Shown: positions 27,145 through 36,403 of the stretch, in pieces
Position numbering within the stretch: the first letter of the stretch is position 1
Layout: every line of letters begins with the position of its first letter
From: a virus
Taxonomy: Duplodnaviria; Caudoviricetes
DNA: 64,000 bases
IMG/VR virus record: IMGVR_UViG_3300017764_000001
Direction: 5' to 3' (one strand)
Translations under genes and position numbers: made by a program
Notes under the pieces: generated by a model
Database searches by the model: none
Seen by the model: the letters and a program-made list of their open reading frames with translations, nothing else
What the model was told of the DNA's origin: nothing

Positions 27145-27935
27145 TGGACAAAAATAAATCGGCATATAAACTTAAAGGATTACCTCCCGTTTATTATATT
27201 AATCTTGATGGTGAACCAGAAAGAAAAATGTATATGGAGGCACAATTAAAATACTGGGAGATAGAAGACTATACTCGTATCACCGCTTATGATGGACGTG
27301 AAGATGATCTGAGTGATATTCTTAAAGGTAAATACCCTGACATGGTTTCGTCTGGTGAGATTGGATGTGTGACCTCTCATCTCAAAGCAATTAAACATTG
27401 GTATGATACAAGTGACACTCCTTACGCAATCATGATGGAAGATGATTGTAGTTTAGATACTGTAAAGTGTTGGAACTTCACATGGAAAGATTTTATTGCA
27501 AAAGTTCCTTATGCCTGGGATGTAATTCAACTTGCAATTATTTCTACCGGTGATATACACGTTCCCATTCACAATAGATTTGTGAATGATTTTTCTACAG
27601 CTTGCTATATTATTACGCGACATCATGCCAAGAAGTTAATTGATTTTCATGTCAGAGGTGACAAATACAAACTTGACTGTGGAGTCAAACCACGTCCTGT
27701 TGCAGATGATTTGATTTACAATTCTGGATTGACATTTGCGACACCACTTTTGTTGTATCGTATCCAACTGGGTTCATCTATTCATCCAGAACATGTAGAT
27801 GCTTTCCACAAAAATAGTCATGATGGTATTTTAAACTTCTGGCAGCAGCAGGGATCTAATATGACTGTAGAAGACATTACAAATTTTGATCCCTACTTTA
27901 ACAAAATCAGTAATCCGTCAGGAAATCCTGGCTAG
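27144..27935 (+). CDS. GT25 family glycosyltransferase
   Basis: YYINLD...RK, GEIGCVTSH, IMMEDD. Confidence 0.8.
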   Translation: MDKNKSAYKLKGLPPVYYINLDGEPERKMYMEAQLKYWEIEDYTRITAYDGREDDLSDILKGKYPDMVSSGEIGCVTSHLKAIKHWYDTSDTPYAIMMEDDCSLDTVKCWNFTWKDFIAKVPYAWDVIQLAIISTGDIHVPIHNRFVNDFSTACYIITRHHAKKLIDFHVRGDKYKLDCGVKPRPVADDLIYNSGLTFATPLLLYRIQLGSSIHPEHVDAFHKNSHDGILNFWQQQGSNMTVEDITNFDPYFNKISNPSGNPG

Positions 27936-27940
27936 AGGGC

Positions 27941-27969
27941 TTGACAGGTTTGTTACATTACTATATAAT
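27941..27969 (+). promoter_or_regulatory. Consensus sigma70 promoter for the hli cluster
   Basis: TTGACA-N17-TATAAT. Confidence 0.85.
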
Positions 27970-27995
27970 ATGTAAAGATTCATTACATTAGGTAA

Positions 27996-28214
27996 ATGAC
28001 TGTAACAACTAATGAGTTCGGGCAACAGAATCTGTTTGCTAAAGAACCACAAATGTATGTCTCTAAGACTGATGCCGAGCGTTATGGATATGAGTCCTAT
28101 GCAGAACGTGCGGAGAAGTTAAATGGACGTACTGCTATGCTTGGATTTATTGCTGCTATCGTCAGCTATGCTACTACTGGTAGTGTATTTTTCTTTGGTG
28201 CTTTCGGATTCTGA
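27996..28214 (+). CDS. hli: High-light-inducible protein
   Basis: AEKLNGRTAMLGF chlorophyll-binding motif. Confidence 0.93.
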   Translation: MTVTTNEFGQQNLFAKEPQMYVSKTDAERYGYESYAERAEKLNGRTAMLGFIAAIVSYATTGSVFFFGAFGF

Positions 28215-28300
28215 TGTCTGAAATTATTTTCACCACAACTAGCATTGCATTTTTTGTATTGCTAGCTTATTCTGTAGAACAACTATCTGAGACTTATTGA
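28214..28300 (+). CDS. 28-aa TM peptide
   Basis: MSEIIFTTTSIAFFVLLAYSVEQLSETY*. Confidence 0.5.
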   Translation: MSEIIFTTTSIAFFVLLAYSVEQLSETY

Positions 28301-28521
28301 TGGAAAACTCCCTTATTGAACTTCTTACTTATTATGTAATCGTCTCCGTTGTATTCATCGGAGCACCAGGAGTATTCTTTTTTATAGCATTCATGCCAGC
28401 TCTACAAAATACAAAAGGTAGAATGGTTGGGTACAAAGATCACAAAACATATGGAGATTCCTCTATCTATGAGAATAGTCCCAGTGATCAGACTAAGTTT
28501 TACCTTGAACTTCAAGGGTAA
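28300..28521 (+). CDS. Small membrane hypothetical protein
   Basis: One TM; coupled start. Confidence 0.6.
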   Translation: MENSLIELLTYYVIVSVVFIGAPGVFFFIAFMPALQNTKGRMVGYKDHKTYGDSSIYENSPSDQTKFYLELQG

Positions 28522-28548
28522 TATATACGTTAGATAGACCTAACTGAT

Positions 28549-28713
28549 ATGCCAGATCCAAATGCTCTTTATGAAGACATGGAGAAATTAAATGCCCTAT
28601 ACGAAGAACTCTGCTGGGGGCACGATGATAAACTAGAGTTTCAAATCGAATACCTTAGAGGTAAAGGTAGAGTTATTATTAAAAACAAAACACAACAGGA
28701 GAAAAAACAATGA
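28549..28713 (+). CDS. 54-aa hypothetical protein
   Basis: MPDPNALYEDMEKLNALYEELCWGHDD... Confidence 0.55.
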   Translation: MPDPNALYEDMEKLNALYEELCWGHDDKLEFQIEYLRGKGRVIIKNKTQQEKKQ

Positions 28714-28817
28714 ACGAAAACGCAGAACGTATTAATGGACTTGCAGCTATGATTGGTGTTATTGCTGCTATGGGTTCATATGCAGTAACAGGTCAAATCA
28801 TTCCAGGTATCTGGTGA
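28710..28817 (+). CDS. hli: High-light-inducible protein, minimal 35-aa form (not in the track)
   Basis: MNENAERINGLAAMIGVIAAMGSYAVTGQIIPGIW*: AERxNG motif and TGQIIPG terminus. Confidence 0.9.
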   Translation: MNENAERINGLAAMIGVIAAMGSYAVTGQIIPGIW

Positions 28818-28878
28818 TGGGATTTGTAGTGGCAGCTGTGCTGTTGCTGATCCCACTTGCTGCAGCAGCTAAAAGATC

Positions 28879-29019
28879 ATGAGTTTAGAGTGGGCACAGA
28901 CAATAATATTTTTATTGGCACCCCTCTTTTTTATGTTACTTTTGACGGATGTAGATGATGACGATGATGGTCCAGATGGTGGTTTGATGACACCAGTGTA
29001 TGCACCATCACCAAGTTAG
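28879..29019 (+). CDS. 46-aa TM peptide with acidic loop
   Basis: MSLEWAQTIIFLLAPLFFMLLLTDVDDDDDGPDGGLMTPVYAPSPS*. Confidence 0.55.
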   Translation: MSLEWAQTIIFLLAPLFFMLLLTDVDDDDDGPDGGLMTPVYAPSPS

Positions 29020-29056
29020 CACTAGACTCTCTACATATACTAGAGGGTCTATTTTT

Positions 29057-29206
29057 ATGCCTAGAAATCAAGTTAGTGTTGAAGAACTGAGAGTTCGTAT
29101 AATGAAACTAAAAAATGATCTGGGTTGGGAACCGCAAGACAAAAAAGAATTGGCACAGAGATACCTAGGATATGTCTTGGATATTTTGGAAGAATATCGA
29201 TTTTAG
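29057..29206 (+). CDS. Small hypothetical protein
   Basis: MPRNQVSVEELRVRIMKLK... Confidence 0.55.
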   Translation: MPRNQVSVEELRVRIMKLKNDLGWEPQDKKELAQRYLGYVLDILEEYRF

Positions 29207-29209
29207 GGC

Positions 29210-29243
29210 TTGACAGGGACGGGAAACCGTAGTATTATAAATA
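29210..29243 (+). promoter_or_regulatory. Overlapping sigma70 and T4-late promoters for psbA
   Basis: TTGACA(29210)-N17-TATTAT(29233) and TATAAATA (29236-29243). Confidence 0.75.
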
Positions 29244-29287
29244 AGTTGAATGGTTACGAAATGTAACGTCTTCTAGACACCCCATAA

Positions 29288-29381
29288 ACCGAGACCTCTA
29301 GGGTGTATAAACCACGTCTCTCATACCTCTACTAAGGGTGTAGAGGAATAGTAACTCCACCATTTCCCTGATGGTCTTACT
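29288..29381 (+). ncRNA. Probable PhotoRC-II RNA motif in the psbA leader
   Basis: Helices GAGAC/GTCTC and CCTCTAC/GTAGAGG, repeated AGGGT with a complementary CCCT, directly 5' of cyanophage psbA. Confidence 0.7.
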
Positions 29382-29396
29382 TTTTTGTTTAAAACA

Positions 29397-30476
29397 ATGA
29401 CACAAACTCTTTCAAGACAACAACAAACATCCACATGGGAGTCTTTCTGCCAGTGGGTAACTTCTACCAATAACCGCCTCTATGTCGGTTGGTTCGGCGT
29501 ACTGATGATCCCAACTCTGTTGGCAGCAACTATCTGCTTCATCACCGCCTTCGTCGCTGCTCCTCCTGTGGACATCGACGGCATCCGTGAACCCGTTGCC
29601 GGTTCACTCATGTATGGTAACAACATCATCTCTGGTGCAGTTGTTCCTTCTTCCAACGCAATTGGTCTTCATTTCTATCCCATCTGGGAAGCCGCAACCC
29701 TCGACGAGTGGTTGTATAATGGTGGTCCTTACCAACTCGTAGTATTCCACTTCCTTATTGGCGTCTTTGCTTACATGGGTCGTGAGTGGGAACTCTCTTA
29801 CCGTCTCGGTATGCGTCCTTGGATCTGTGTTGCTTATAGCGCACCTGTCGCAGCAGCATCTGCAGTATTCCTCGTCTATCCTTTCGGTCAAGGTTCGTTC
29901 TCTGATGGTATGCCTCTTGGTATCTCTGGTACTTTTAACTACATGCTTGTATTCCAGGCAGAACACAATATCCTTATGCACCCGTTCCACATGCTCGGTG
30001 TTGCTGGGGTATTCGGTGGATCTCTTTTCTCTGCTATGCACGGAAGTCTGGTTACTTCCTCACTTGTACGTGAAACCACTGAAACAGAGTCTCAGAACTA
30101 CGGTTACAAGTTCGGTCAAGAAGAAGAGACCTACAACATTGTTGCCGCACACGGTTACTTCGGTCGTCTGATCTTCCAATATGCATCTTTTAACAATTCT
30201 AGAAGTCTGCATTTCTTCCTCGCTGCGTGGCCCGTCGTGGGGATCTGGTTTACCGCCCTCGGTGTCAGCACCATGGCATTCAACCTCAACGGATTTAACT
30301 TCAATCAATCCATTGTTGAAAGTCAAGGTCGTGTTGTAAACACCTGGGCAGACGTTCTTAATCGTGCTGGTCTCGGTATGGAAGTGATGCACGAGCGCAA
30401 TGCTCACAACTTCCCTCTGGATCTGGCTGCTGCTGAGTCTACCCCTGTGGCACTCACCGCACCTTCTATCGGTTGA
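29397..30476 (+). CDS. psbA: Photosystem II D1 protein (no intron)
   Basis: [14 protein letters not shown] through [14 protein letters not shown]; uninterrupted 359 aa. Confidence 0.99.
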   Translation: MTQTLSRQQQTSTWESFCQWVTSTNNRLYVGWFGVLMIPTLLAATICFITAFVAAPPVDIDGIREPVAGSLMYGNNIISGAVVPSSNAIGLHFYPIWEAATLDEWLYNGGPYQLVVFHFLIGVFAYMGREWELSYRLGMRPWICVAYSAPVAAASAVFLVYPFGQGSFSDGMPLGISGTFNYMLVFQAEHNILMHPFHMLGVAGVFGGSLFSAMHGSLVTSSLVRETTETESQNYGYKFGQEEETYNIVAAHGYFGRLIFQYASFNNSRSLHFFLAAWPVVGIWFTALGVSTMAFNLNGFNFNQSIVESQGRVVNTWADVLNRAGLGMEVMHERNAHNFPLDLAAAESTPVALTAPSIG

Positions 30477-30499
30477 TGAATGGAACCTGGTAGTTTCTT

Positions 30500-30527
30500 C
30501 CCCGTCACTTATGTGGCGGGGTTTTTT
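30500..30527 (+). terminator. Intrinsic terminator after psbA
   Basis: CCCCGTCAC-ttat-GTGGCGGGG plus T6. Confidence 0.85.
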
Positions 30528-30574
30528 ATAGGTATTTTAACGGTTACAATTCCTTTACTTTGTGTGATACTATT

Positions 30575-30922
30575 ATGAACGGTAAACTTGATCCAGAAGA
30601 ACGTGTTATGAGTGAATCTAACAATAATAGTTGGATTAGTGATCTCCATCAAGCATTGAATAAACTCAAATGGGAGCATGGGGACAACATTGCTGTAGAA
30701 ATTGGTGGAACATCAATCTACGAAATTGAGGGTGCCGGAACAAAATGGGCACCAGTAAAAGGCACTCGCAAATATAATAAGGATGCCTTTATTGTGATTA
30801 AGAACTTGGATAAAAATCCTACAGTTCCTTCTCAACCTAACCCTGAATTAAAACCACATCATATTATGGTTAACGGGCAACAGATTCCTATTCAGCAGGA
30901 TTTAAATGATAAAACTAATTGA
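30575..30922 (+). CDS. Cyanophage hypothetical protein
   Basis: ORF between psbA and psbD. Confidence 0.7.
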   Translation: MNGKLDPEERVMSESNNNSWISDLHQALNKLKWEHGDNIAVEIGGTSIYEIEGAGTKWAPVKGTRKYNKDAFIVIKNLDKNPTVPSQPNPELKPHHIMVNGQQIPIQQDLNDKTN

Positions 30923-31136
30923 ACCTTCTGATCCTCGGTATTTTACCGACACTTCTGATCAACCCTATGACCGTCATCATTATGAGTTTGTATACTCAAA
31001 TGGTCAATCAAAAACTTTTGATTCATGGGAAGAAGTTAGAAGTGAGTGGTTTAATGTTCCTTCACAGTTCAAGTCTCATATAAAAGTTTTGGATCGAAAA
31101 CAAAATAAGAAAAAATCTAATGGAGGTTTTAAATAA
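30906..31136 (+). CDS. Cyanophage hypothetical protein
   Basis: 76-aa ORF immediately before psbD. Confidence 0.7.
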   Translation: MIKLIEPSDPRYFTDTSDQPYDRHHYEFVYSNGQSKTFDSWEEVRSEWFNVPSQFKSHIKVLDRKQNKKKSNGGFK

Positions 31137-31138
31137 TC

Positions 31139-32194
31139 ATGGTTGCTTCAACATTACAACAACCAACACGGGGGTGGTTCGATGTCCTTGATGACTGGCT
31201 TAAACGCGATCGTTTTGTCTTTGTGGGCTGGTCTGGACTATTACTTTTTCCCACTGCTTATCTTGCAATTGGTGGCTGGCTTACTGGCACTACCTTTGTT
31301 ACGAGCTGGTACACCCACGGTCTCGCAAGTAGTTACCTTGAGGGTGCTAATTTTCTTACAGCGGCTGTCTCAACGCCTGCTGATGCTATGGGTCATTCTC
31401 TTCTTCTACTTTGGGGTCCTGAGTCTCAGGGAGATTTCGTCCGGTGGTGCCAACTTGGAGGGCTTTGGTCCTTTGTTGCTCTCCACGGTGCATTTGCCCT
31501 CATAGGTTTCATGCTTCGACAGTTTGAAATCAGTCGTTTAGTAGGTATTCGTCCGTACAATGCTATTGCGTTTTCTGGGCCTATCGCTGTTTTTGTCAGT
31601 GTTTTTCTCATTTACCCACTCGGACAGTCGAGTTGGTTCTTTGCGCCGAGTTTCGGTGTCGCGGCAATATTCCGCTTCCTTCTCTTCCTCCAGGGCTTTC
31701 ATAACTGGACGCTCAATCCCTTCCATATGATGGGAGTTGCAGGTATTTTAGGAGGAGCCTTGCTTTCTGCGATACATGGTGTTACAGTTGAGAATACTTT
31801 GTATGAAGATGGTGAACAAGCAAATACTTTTAAAGCATTTGACAGTACTCAAGAAGAAGAGACCTATTCGATGGTTACTGCAAATCGTTTCTGGTCACAA
31901 ATTTTTGGTATTGCTTTCAGTAACAAGCGTTGGCTGCATTTCTTTATGTTATTTGTCCCAGTTATGGGTCTTTGGACTAGCAGTATCGGCATCATTGGTC
32001 TTGCTCTTAATTTACGTGCGTATGATTTTGTCTCACAAGAGATTCGTGCCGCAGAAGATCCAGAGTTTGAGACCTTCTACACCAAGAACATTCTCCTCAA
32101 CGAGGGACTCCGTGCTTGGCTTGCACCTGTCGATCAACCACATGAAAACTTTGTCTTCCCTGAAGAAGTTTTACCAAGAGGAAATGCTCTGTGA
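31139..32194 (+). CDS. psbD: Photosystem II D2 protein
   Basis: [15 protein letters not shown] through [12 protein letters not shown]. Confidence 0.99.
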   Translation: MVASTLQQPTRGWFDVLDDWLKRDRFVFVGWSGLLLFPTAYLAIGGWLTGTTFVTSWYTHGLASSYLEGANFLTAAVSTPADAMGHSLLLLWGPESQGDFVRWCQLGGLWSFVALHGAFALIGFMLRQFEISRLVGIRPYNAIAFSGPIAVFVSVFLIYPLGQSSWFFAPSFGVAAIFRFLLFLQGFHNWTLNPFHMMGVAGILGGALLSAIHGVTVENTLYEDGEQANTFKAFDSTQEEETYSMVTANRFWSQIFGIAFSNKRWLHFFMLFVPVMGLWTSSIGIIGLALNLRAYDFVSQEIRAAEDPEFETFYTKNILLNEGLRAWLAPVDQPHENFVFPEEVLPRGNAL

Positions 32195-32400
32195 ATGGAT
32201 TTGAAGTTTTTATTTACTTCGTTTTCTTTGCAATTATTGCCGGTGGTGCCTTTGCAATGATGTGGTCTAATATTCAATCCATAAATATGGAGATGAATAA
32301 ACCAAAACCACGTCATCCTGAGGCACCTACCCCTGGTGATGAAGTAATGTATGTTGATTTGTCTAGAGAAAAATTAGAAAAACTTTACGAGGAAGAATAA
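32191..32400 (+). CDS. Small membrane protein (cyanobacterial-type)
   Basis: N-terminal TM then RHPEAP. Confidence 0.65.
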   Translation: MNGFEVFIYFVFFAIIAGGAFAMMWSNIQSINMEMNKPKPRHPEAPTPGDEVMYVDLSREKLEKLYEEE

Positions 32401-32403
32401 ATT

Positions 32404-32619
32404 ATGTCATGTAATCTAAGGGAAAAAACACTATCTGCCTTACGCAATGACGCGATTGGTAAGATTAGTAAGGCAAAAGTAAATATTGAAATTTACCTAC
32501 ACAATCCTGTAGGTATCGGTGAGCATCCGGATGTATTGGCTGCCATTCAAGAACAATTAGATATCATTGCACACGAAGAGGAACGCATTGAAGTTCTTGA
32601 AAAGCACTTTATTAATTAA
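32404..32619 (+). CDS. Small hypothetical protein
   Basis: NPVGIGEHPD helical-hairpin-like protein. Confidence 0.65.
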   Translation: MSCNLREKTLSALRNDAIGKISKAKVNIEIYLHNPVGIGEHPDVLAAIQEQLDIIAHEEERIEVLEKHFIN

Positions 32620-32656
32620 AAAGTGAAGCATCATATGTTAGTGGAGAAATACATTA

Positions 32657-33580
32657 ATGGATTACAAAACTTCTGGTGTTGATATTGAAAAAGGAAGAGA
32701 GTTTGTAGAAGAACTCAAAACTAAAATTCCTACAATTGGTGGGTTCAATGGAATGATGGAAATACCATCAGGATATGAAAAACCTGTCTTAGTTTCTGGT
32801 GCCGATGGTGTCGGAACTAAAATTAATGTTTGTAGGGTTGCTTTTGATTACACTACCATTGGACAAGATCTTGTTGCAATGTGTGTCAATGATGTAATCT
32901 GTAGTGGTGCTAAACCATTGTATTTTCTTGATTATATCTCCACTAAAACACTTGATAATAATGTTACACAAATTGTAGATGGTATTATAGAAGGATGTAG
33001 AATTGCTGGTATGGAACTCCTAGGTGGAGAAACCGCCGAACATTTCGGAGCAATCGATTATGACCTTGCTGGTTTCTGCACTGGTGTTGTGGAGAAGAAC
33101 GATATTGTTGATGGTAGTAATATCAGAGCAGGTGATTTAGTTATTGGCATTGAAAGTAGTGGTCTTCATAGTAATGGATATACACTGATTAATGATATGT
33201 TATCGAGACATAAAATTTTTTATAAGGAGATGCCAGAGTTACTGACACCAACTATCATCTATGCACCTTTGGTTCAATCTCTTCTAGATGAGTTTCCTAT
33301 TCTCGGTATGGCACACATTACTGGCGGTGGTATTCCTGAAAATCTTCCACGATGTCTTCCAAAAGGACTGACTGTTGATGTTGATTATGATGACTGGGAA
33401 CGACCAAAAATATTCAATAAAATTCAGAAGGCAGGTGATATTGCCGAGGATGAGATGCGTAATGTATTCAATCTTGGTATCGGTTTTTGTTTGGTTGTTC
33501 CACCAGAAGTAGTTTACTATACAAAAGAATATATTTTAGAATATGGTATGAGATCTTGGATTATTGGAGAAGTTAAATGA
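32657..33580 (+). CDS. purM: Phosphoribosylformylglycinamidine cyclo-ligase (AIR synthetase)
   Basis: YKTSGVDI, ADGVGTK, AMCVND, GGETAE, SSGLHSNGY, AHITGGG, FNLGIG. Confidence 0.96.
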   Translation: MDYKTSGVDIEKGREFVEELKTKIPTIGGFNGMMEIPSGYEKPVLVSGADGVGTKINVCRVAFDYTTIGQDLVAMCVNDVICSGAKPLYFLDYISTKTLDNNVTQIVDGIIEGCRIAGMELLGGETAEHFGAIDYDLAGFCTGVVEKNDIVDGSNIRAGDLVIGIESSGLHSNGYTLINDMLSRHKIFYKEMPELLTPTIIYAPLVQSLLDEFPILGMAHITGGGIPENLPRCLPKGLTVDVDYDDWERPKIFNKIQKAGDIAEDEMRNVFNLGIGFCLVVPPEVVYYTKEYILEYGMRSWIIGEVK

Positions 33581-33619
33581 ATCTATACATATCTAAATAT
33601 TTGTAAGACGCAATATTTT

Positions 33620-33991
33620 ATGCCTCTCTACAATTCTGCCCAAGCCTATGTCTTTAATCTCCAAACAACCAGTTCCGCAGAAGCAAAAAGGTTATGGAGG
33701 CAAAAGATAAAGGAAGGATGGGATTATGAATGTGCCTATTGTGGTTCTACCAAAAACCTTACAATAGATCACATTGTCCCGAGAGCAAAAGGTGGTCCAG
33801 ATTTTACGAAAAACGTTCTCTGTGCCTGCCATTCATGCAATCAACATAAAGGTCATACTCCTGTGGAAGATTGGTATCTTTCTCAGGAGTTTTTTGATGT
33901 TGATCGATATGAAAAAATCAAAGATTGGATGAAACCAGAACCTCCTTCTAATCTGTATCGATATGGGAATCGACGGAACAAGGTTTCATAA
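33620..33991 (+). CDS. HNH endonuclease
   Basis: CAYCG...TIDHIVPRAKGG...NVLCACHSCNQHKG. Confidence 0.9.
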   Translation: MPLYNSAQAYVFNLQTTSSAEAKRLWRQKIKEGWDYECAYCGSTKNLTIDHIVPRAKGGPDFTKNVLCACHSCNQHKGHTPVEDWYLSQEFFDVDRYEKIKDWMKPEPPSNLYRYGNRRNKVS

Positions 33992-34047
33992 ATAAATAGA
34001 ACAAGGCAATATATATTGCTTTTTTTGGTAAATACCGAATGCGCTAA

Positions 34048-36387
34048 ATGGCATCTCTAATAAAGATAAAAAGGTCTGCCACGTCCGGAAAGAGGCCGAC
34101 CTTGGGGCAAGTTGCTCTTGGAGAACTAGCTCTTAATACCTACGATGGATACTTATTCACCGAGAGAGATACTGGTGGAGTAGGCATTGGAACGACAGTC
34201 ACACTGTTGACTCCATGGACTGAGAACTATGGTGCAGGTTCGATATACTATCAAAACAATGTAGGAATCGGCACAGATAATACTTATGATGTAAAACTGA
34301 GTATAGATGGTACTGTAAAAGTAACTGGTGTTTCCACCTTTACTGATAAGGTAATATTTGACAGTACAAATTCGATTCAAATACCTGTAGGAACCACGGC
34401 ACAGAGAGATGCCGTAGGAACTGCCGTTACAGGTCAGATAAGATTTAATACACAACTGGCTTCTTTTGAAGGTTATGGTCCTGGTGGTGAGTGGGGAAGT
34501 CTTGGTGGTGTTAAAGACGTAGATCAAGATACTTTTATCAGGGCAGAAGTTTCTGCCGGATCTGATGAAGATACATTAGAATTTCTAACGGCAGGTTCTG
34601 TTAAAGTATCCATAGATCCAAATGGTAATGTTGGGATTGGAACCACCAATGCATCTATTGCTGCGGATACAAGTAATACGGCAATAGTAAATGTTGGTGT
34701 TGTTACTGCAAATAATCTTTATGGTGAAGGGGGAGACCTGACACTTGGTAATATTGCCGGTGGATATAGAGCAGGAGCATACACCGTGCAGACGACAGAC
34801 ACTATTGATAGTTCTGTTGATGAATTGAATTATATTCTAGGAAAACTTGTACCAGATCAACCTGATGATATTGATGGGGTAGATCTTACTCTTACAGGAA
34901 CACAAGGAACTGCATATCTTTGCAATTTCACTCCTACTAATAATACTAATGATGCCACACCATCTGCTGGAACAGCATTAACTAGAAACACTGACAGCAC
35001 TATCACCACGACATATCTGACAGATTATGGTCCGGGTGATTCTGGAACTTTAACTGGATATGTTAATACTGTTGGAGTCGGAACAACCACATTCAATGTA
35101 TCTTTTGGTCTATATGCTGCAGGTAATAATGCAGGAACATCCGGGGCAGTTCAAATTGCTAATAATACAGATGCCGCTGATTCGTTAAGAAATGTTGGAA
35201 TTACATCACTATTTTATGAGGTTTATGATGTAAGATTTATTGATGCCGCAAGTCCTGATGGATATAATGAGGCATACTTTATTCATGGATCTAATACAAC
35301 AAACTCTGTATATTGGTATGAAGATTCGAGCACAGTCGGAGCACCGGTAATTTCATTCAGTAACATGTCTACTCCTGCTTCTAGTGGACATACTGTTGCA
35401 TATTCTTCGGGTGTTCCTCACTATACAGAGTCAACTAACAATAACTTTACTTATGTGGCCTCTGTTGAAAATGCTACCGGAGACATGTATTCTTATAATA
35501 ATTACAAACTTCTAAATTCAGATGGTCAAACAACAGGATTTTCAAATCCTGGAAATAAATTATATAATAATTTTGCTGGTGGAACAAATCCTCCCGCAAG
35601 AAATTATGGAGTCGGAACCGGAGTGACAACTTTAATTACCCAGACTCCAAGAAACATACACAATACCATAACATCAAATCACTTCACGACATTTGATGCC
35701 GTAACTCCATATGGTTCTCATAACAATCAGAGAATTAGTTTCTCGACTAATGTCAACATTATGGGAACTTCGGCAATTACTAATAAGATTGATGAAGACA
35801 ATATATTAATATCAGGAACACTTGGTAGTGGTTCTGGAAATGCCGATAGAGTCAATGCTGGTTCTACAGGAGATAATCCGACACCAGTATTTACTTCATG
35901 GGGTGGGGGAAGTGCCGGATCAGTTGCAACTTACGAATCCATTGTAAGAGGTGGTGTACTAAGACACGATCAGACAGATTATTCCTCAGGATATCTTCCT
36001 GTTGGTCCTGATTATTCCTCTAGTAGAAATGGAGCACAATATTTTCAAGTTGAAATAATTAGATCTGCTGTTCCTGGATTTAAAATAACTGTCACAGGAT
36101 CTTATGGTGCCTGTAAAGTTTGTATGCCCGACAATTCTACTTGGACTACAGGATTGAGTGATACAAATGGATGGGCAGATATGTTTGTTGCTGCTCCTGG
36201 ATCAGGTGTACCGAGAAATGGTAACAATGGATGTGCTTCTGGTGGAGTAATGTCTGGAAGTAGTGGCACATTCACATGTACATTTGGAGGTGAATCATCA
36301 ACAAATGATAGTAATAACAGAATTCTAATCAGGTGGAGATTAGATTCTGGTGATTCAATTACTGCAATGTCGTTCTCGGCAACTTAA
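34048..36387 (+). CDS. Virion structural/fibre-associated protein
   Basis: IKIKRS...GELALN N-terminus, GIGT repeats, fibre motif SIQIPVGTTAQR...GQIRFNT; ATAAATA at 33988. Confidence 0.75.
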   Translation: MASLIKIKRSATSGKRPTLGQVALGELALNTYDGYLFTERDTGGVGIGTTVTLLTPWTENYGAGSIYYQNNVGIGTDNTYDVKLSIDGTVKVTGVSTFTDKVIFDSTNSIQIPVGTTAQRDAVGTAVTGQIRFNTQLASFEGYGPGGEWGSLGGVKDVDQDTFIRAEVSAGSDEDTLEFLTAGSVKVSIDPNGNVGIGTTNASIAADTSNTAIVNVGVVTANNLYGEGGDLTLGNIAGGYRAGAYTVQTTDTIDSSVDELNYILGKLVPDQPDDIDGVDLTLTGTQGTAYLCNFTPTNNTNDATPSAGTALTRNTDSTITTTYLTDYGPGDSGTLTGYVNTVGVGTTTFNVSFGLYAAGNNAGTSGAVQIANNTDAADSLRNVGITSLFYEVYDVRFIDAASPDGYNEAYFIHGSNTTNSVYWYEDSSTVGAPVISFSNMSTPASSGHTVAYSSGVPHYTESTNNNFTYVASVENATGDMYSYNNYKLLNSDGQTTGFSNPGNKLYNNFAGGTNPPARNYGVGTGVTTLITQTPRNIHNTITSNHFTTFDAVTPYGSHNNQRISFSTNVNIMGTSAITNKIDEDNILISGTLGSGSGNADRVNAGSTGDNPTPVFTSWGGGSAGSVATYESIVRGGVLRHDQTDYSSGYLPVGPDYSSSRNGAQYFQVEIIRSAVPGFKITVTGSYGACKVCMPDNSTWTTGLSDTNGWADMFVAAPGSGVPRNGNNGCASGGVMSGSSGTFTCTFGGESSTNDSNNRILIRWRLDSGDSITAMSFSAT

Positions 36388-36403
36388 GGAGAGGTAAAGA
36401 AAA

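Noticed and set aside
29397-32194. Group I intron or homing endonuclease in or between psbA and psbD
   Set aside because: Both genes are uninterrupted and full length, and the two intervening ORFs show no HNH, GIY-YIG or endonuclease VII motif that I can recognise.
29604-32204. Alternative-frame ORFs over psbA/psbD (e.g. 29758..30171, 31776..32204)
   Set aside because: These are by-products of highly conserved coding sequence; there is no independent evidence for them.
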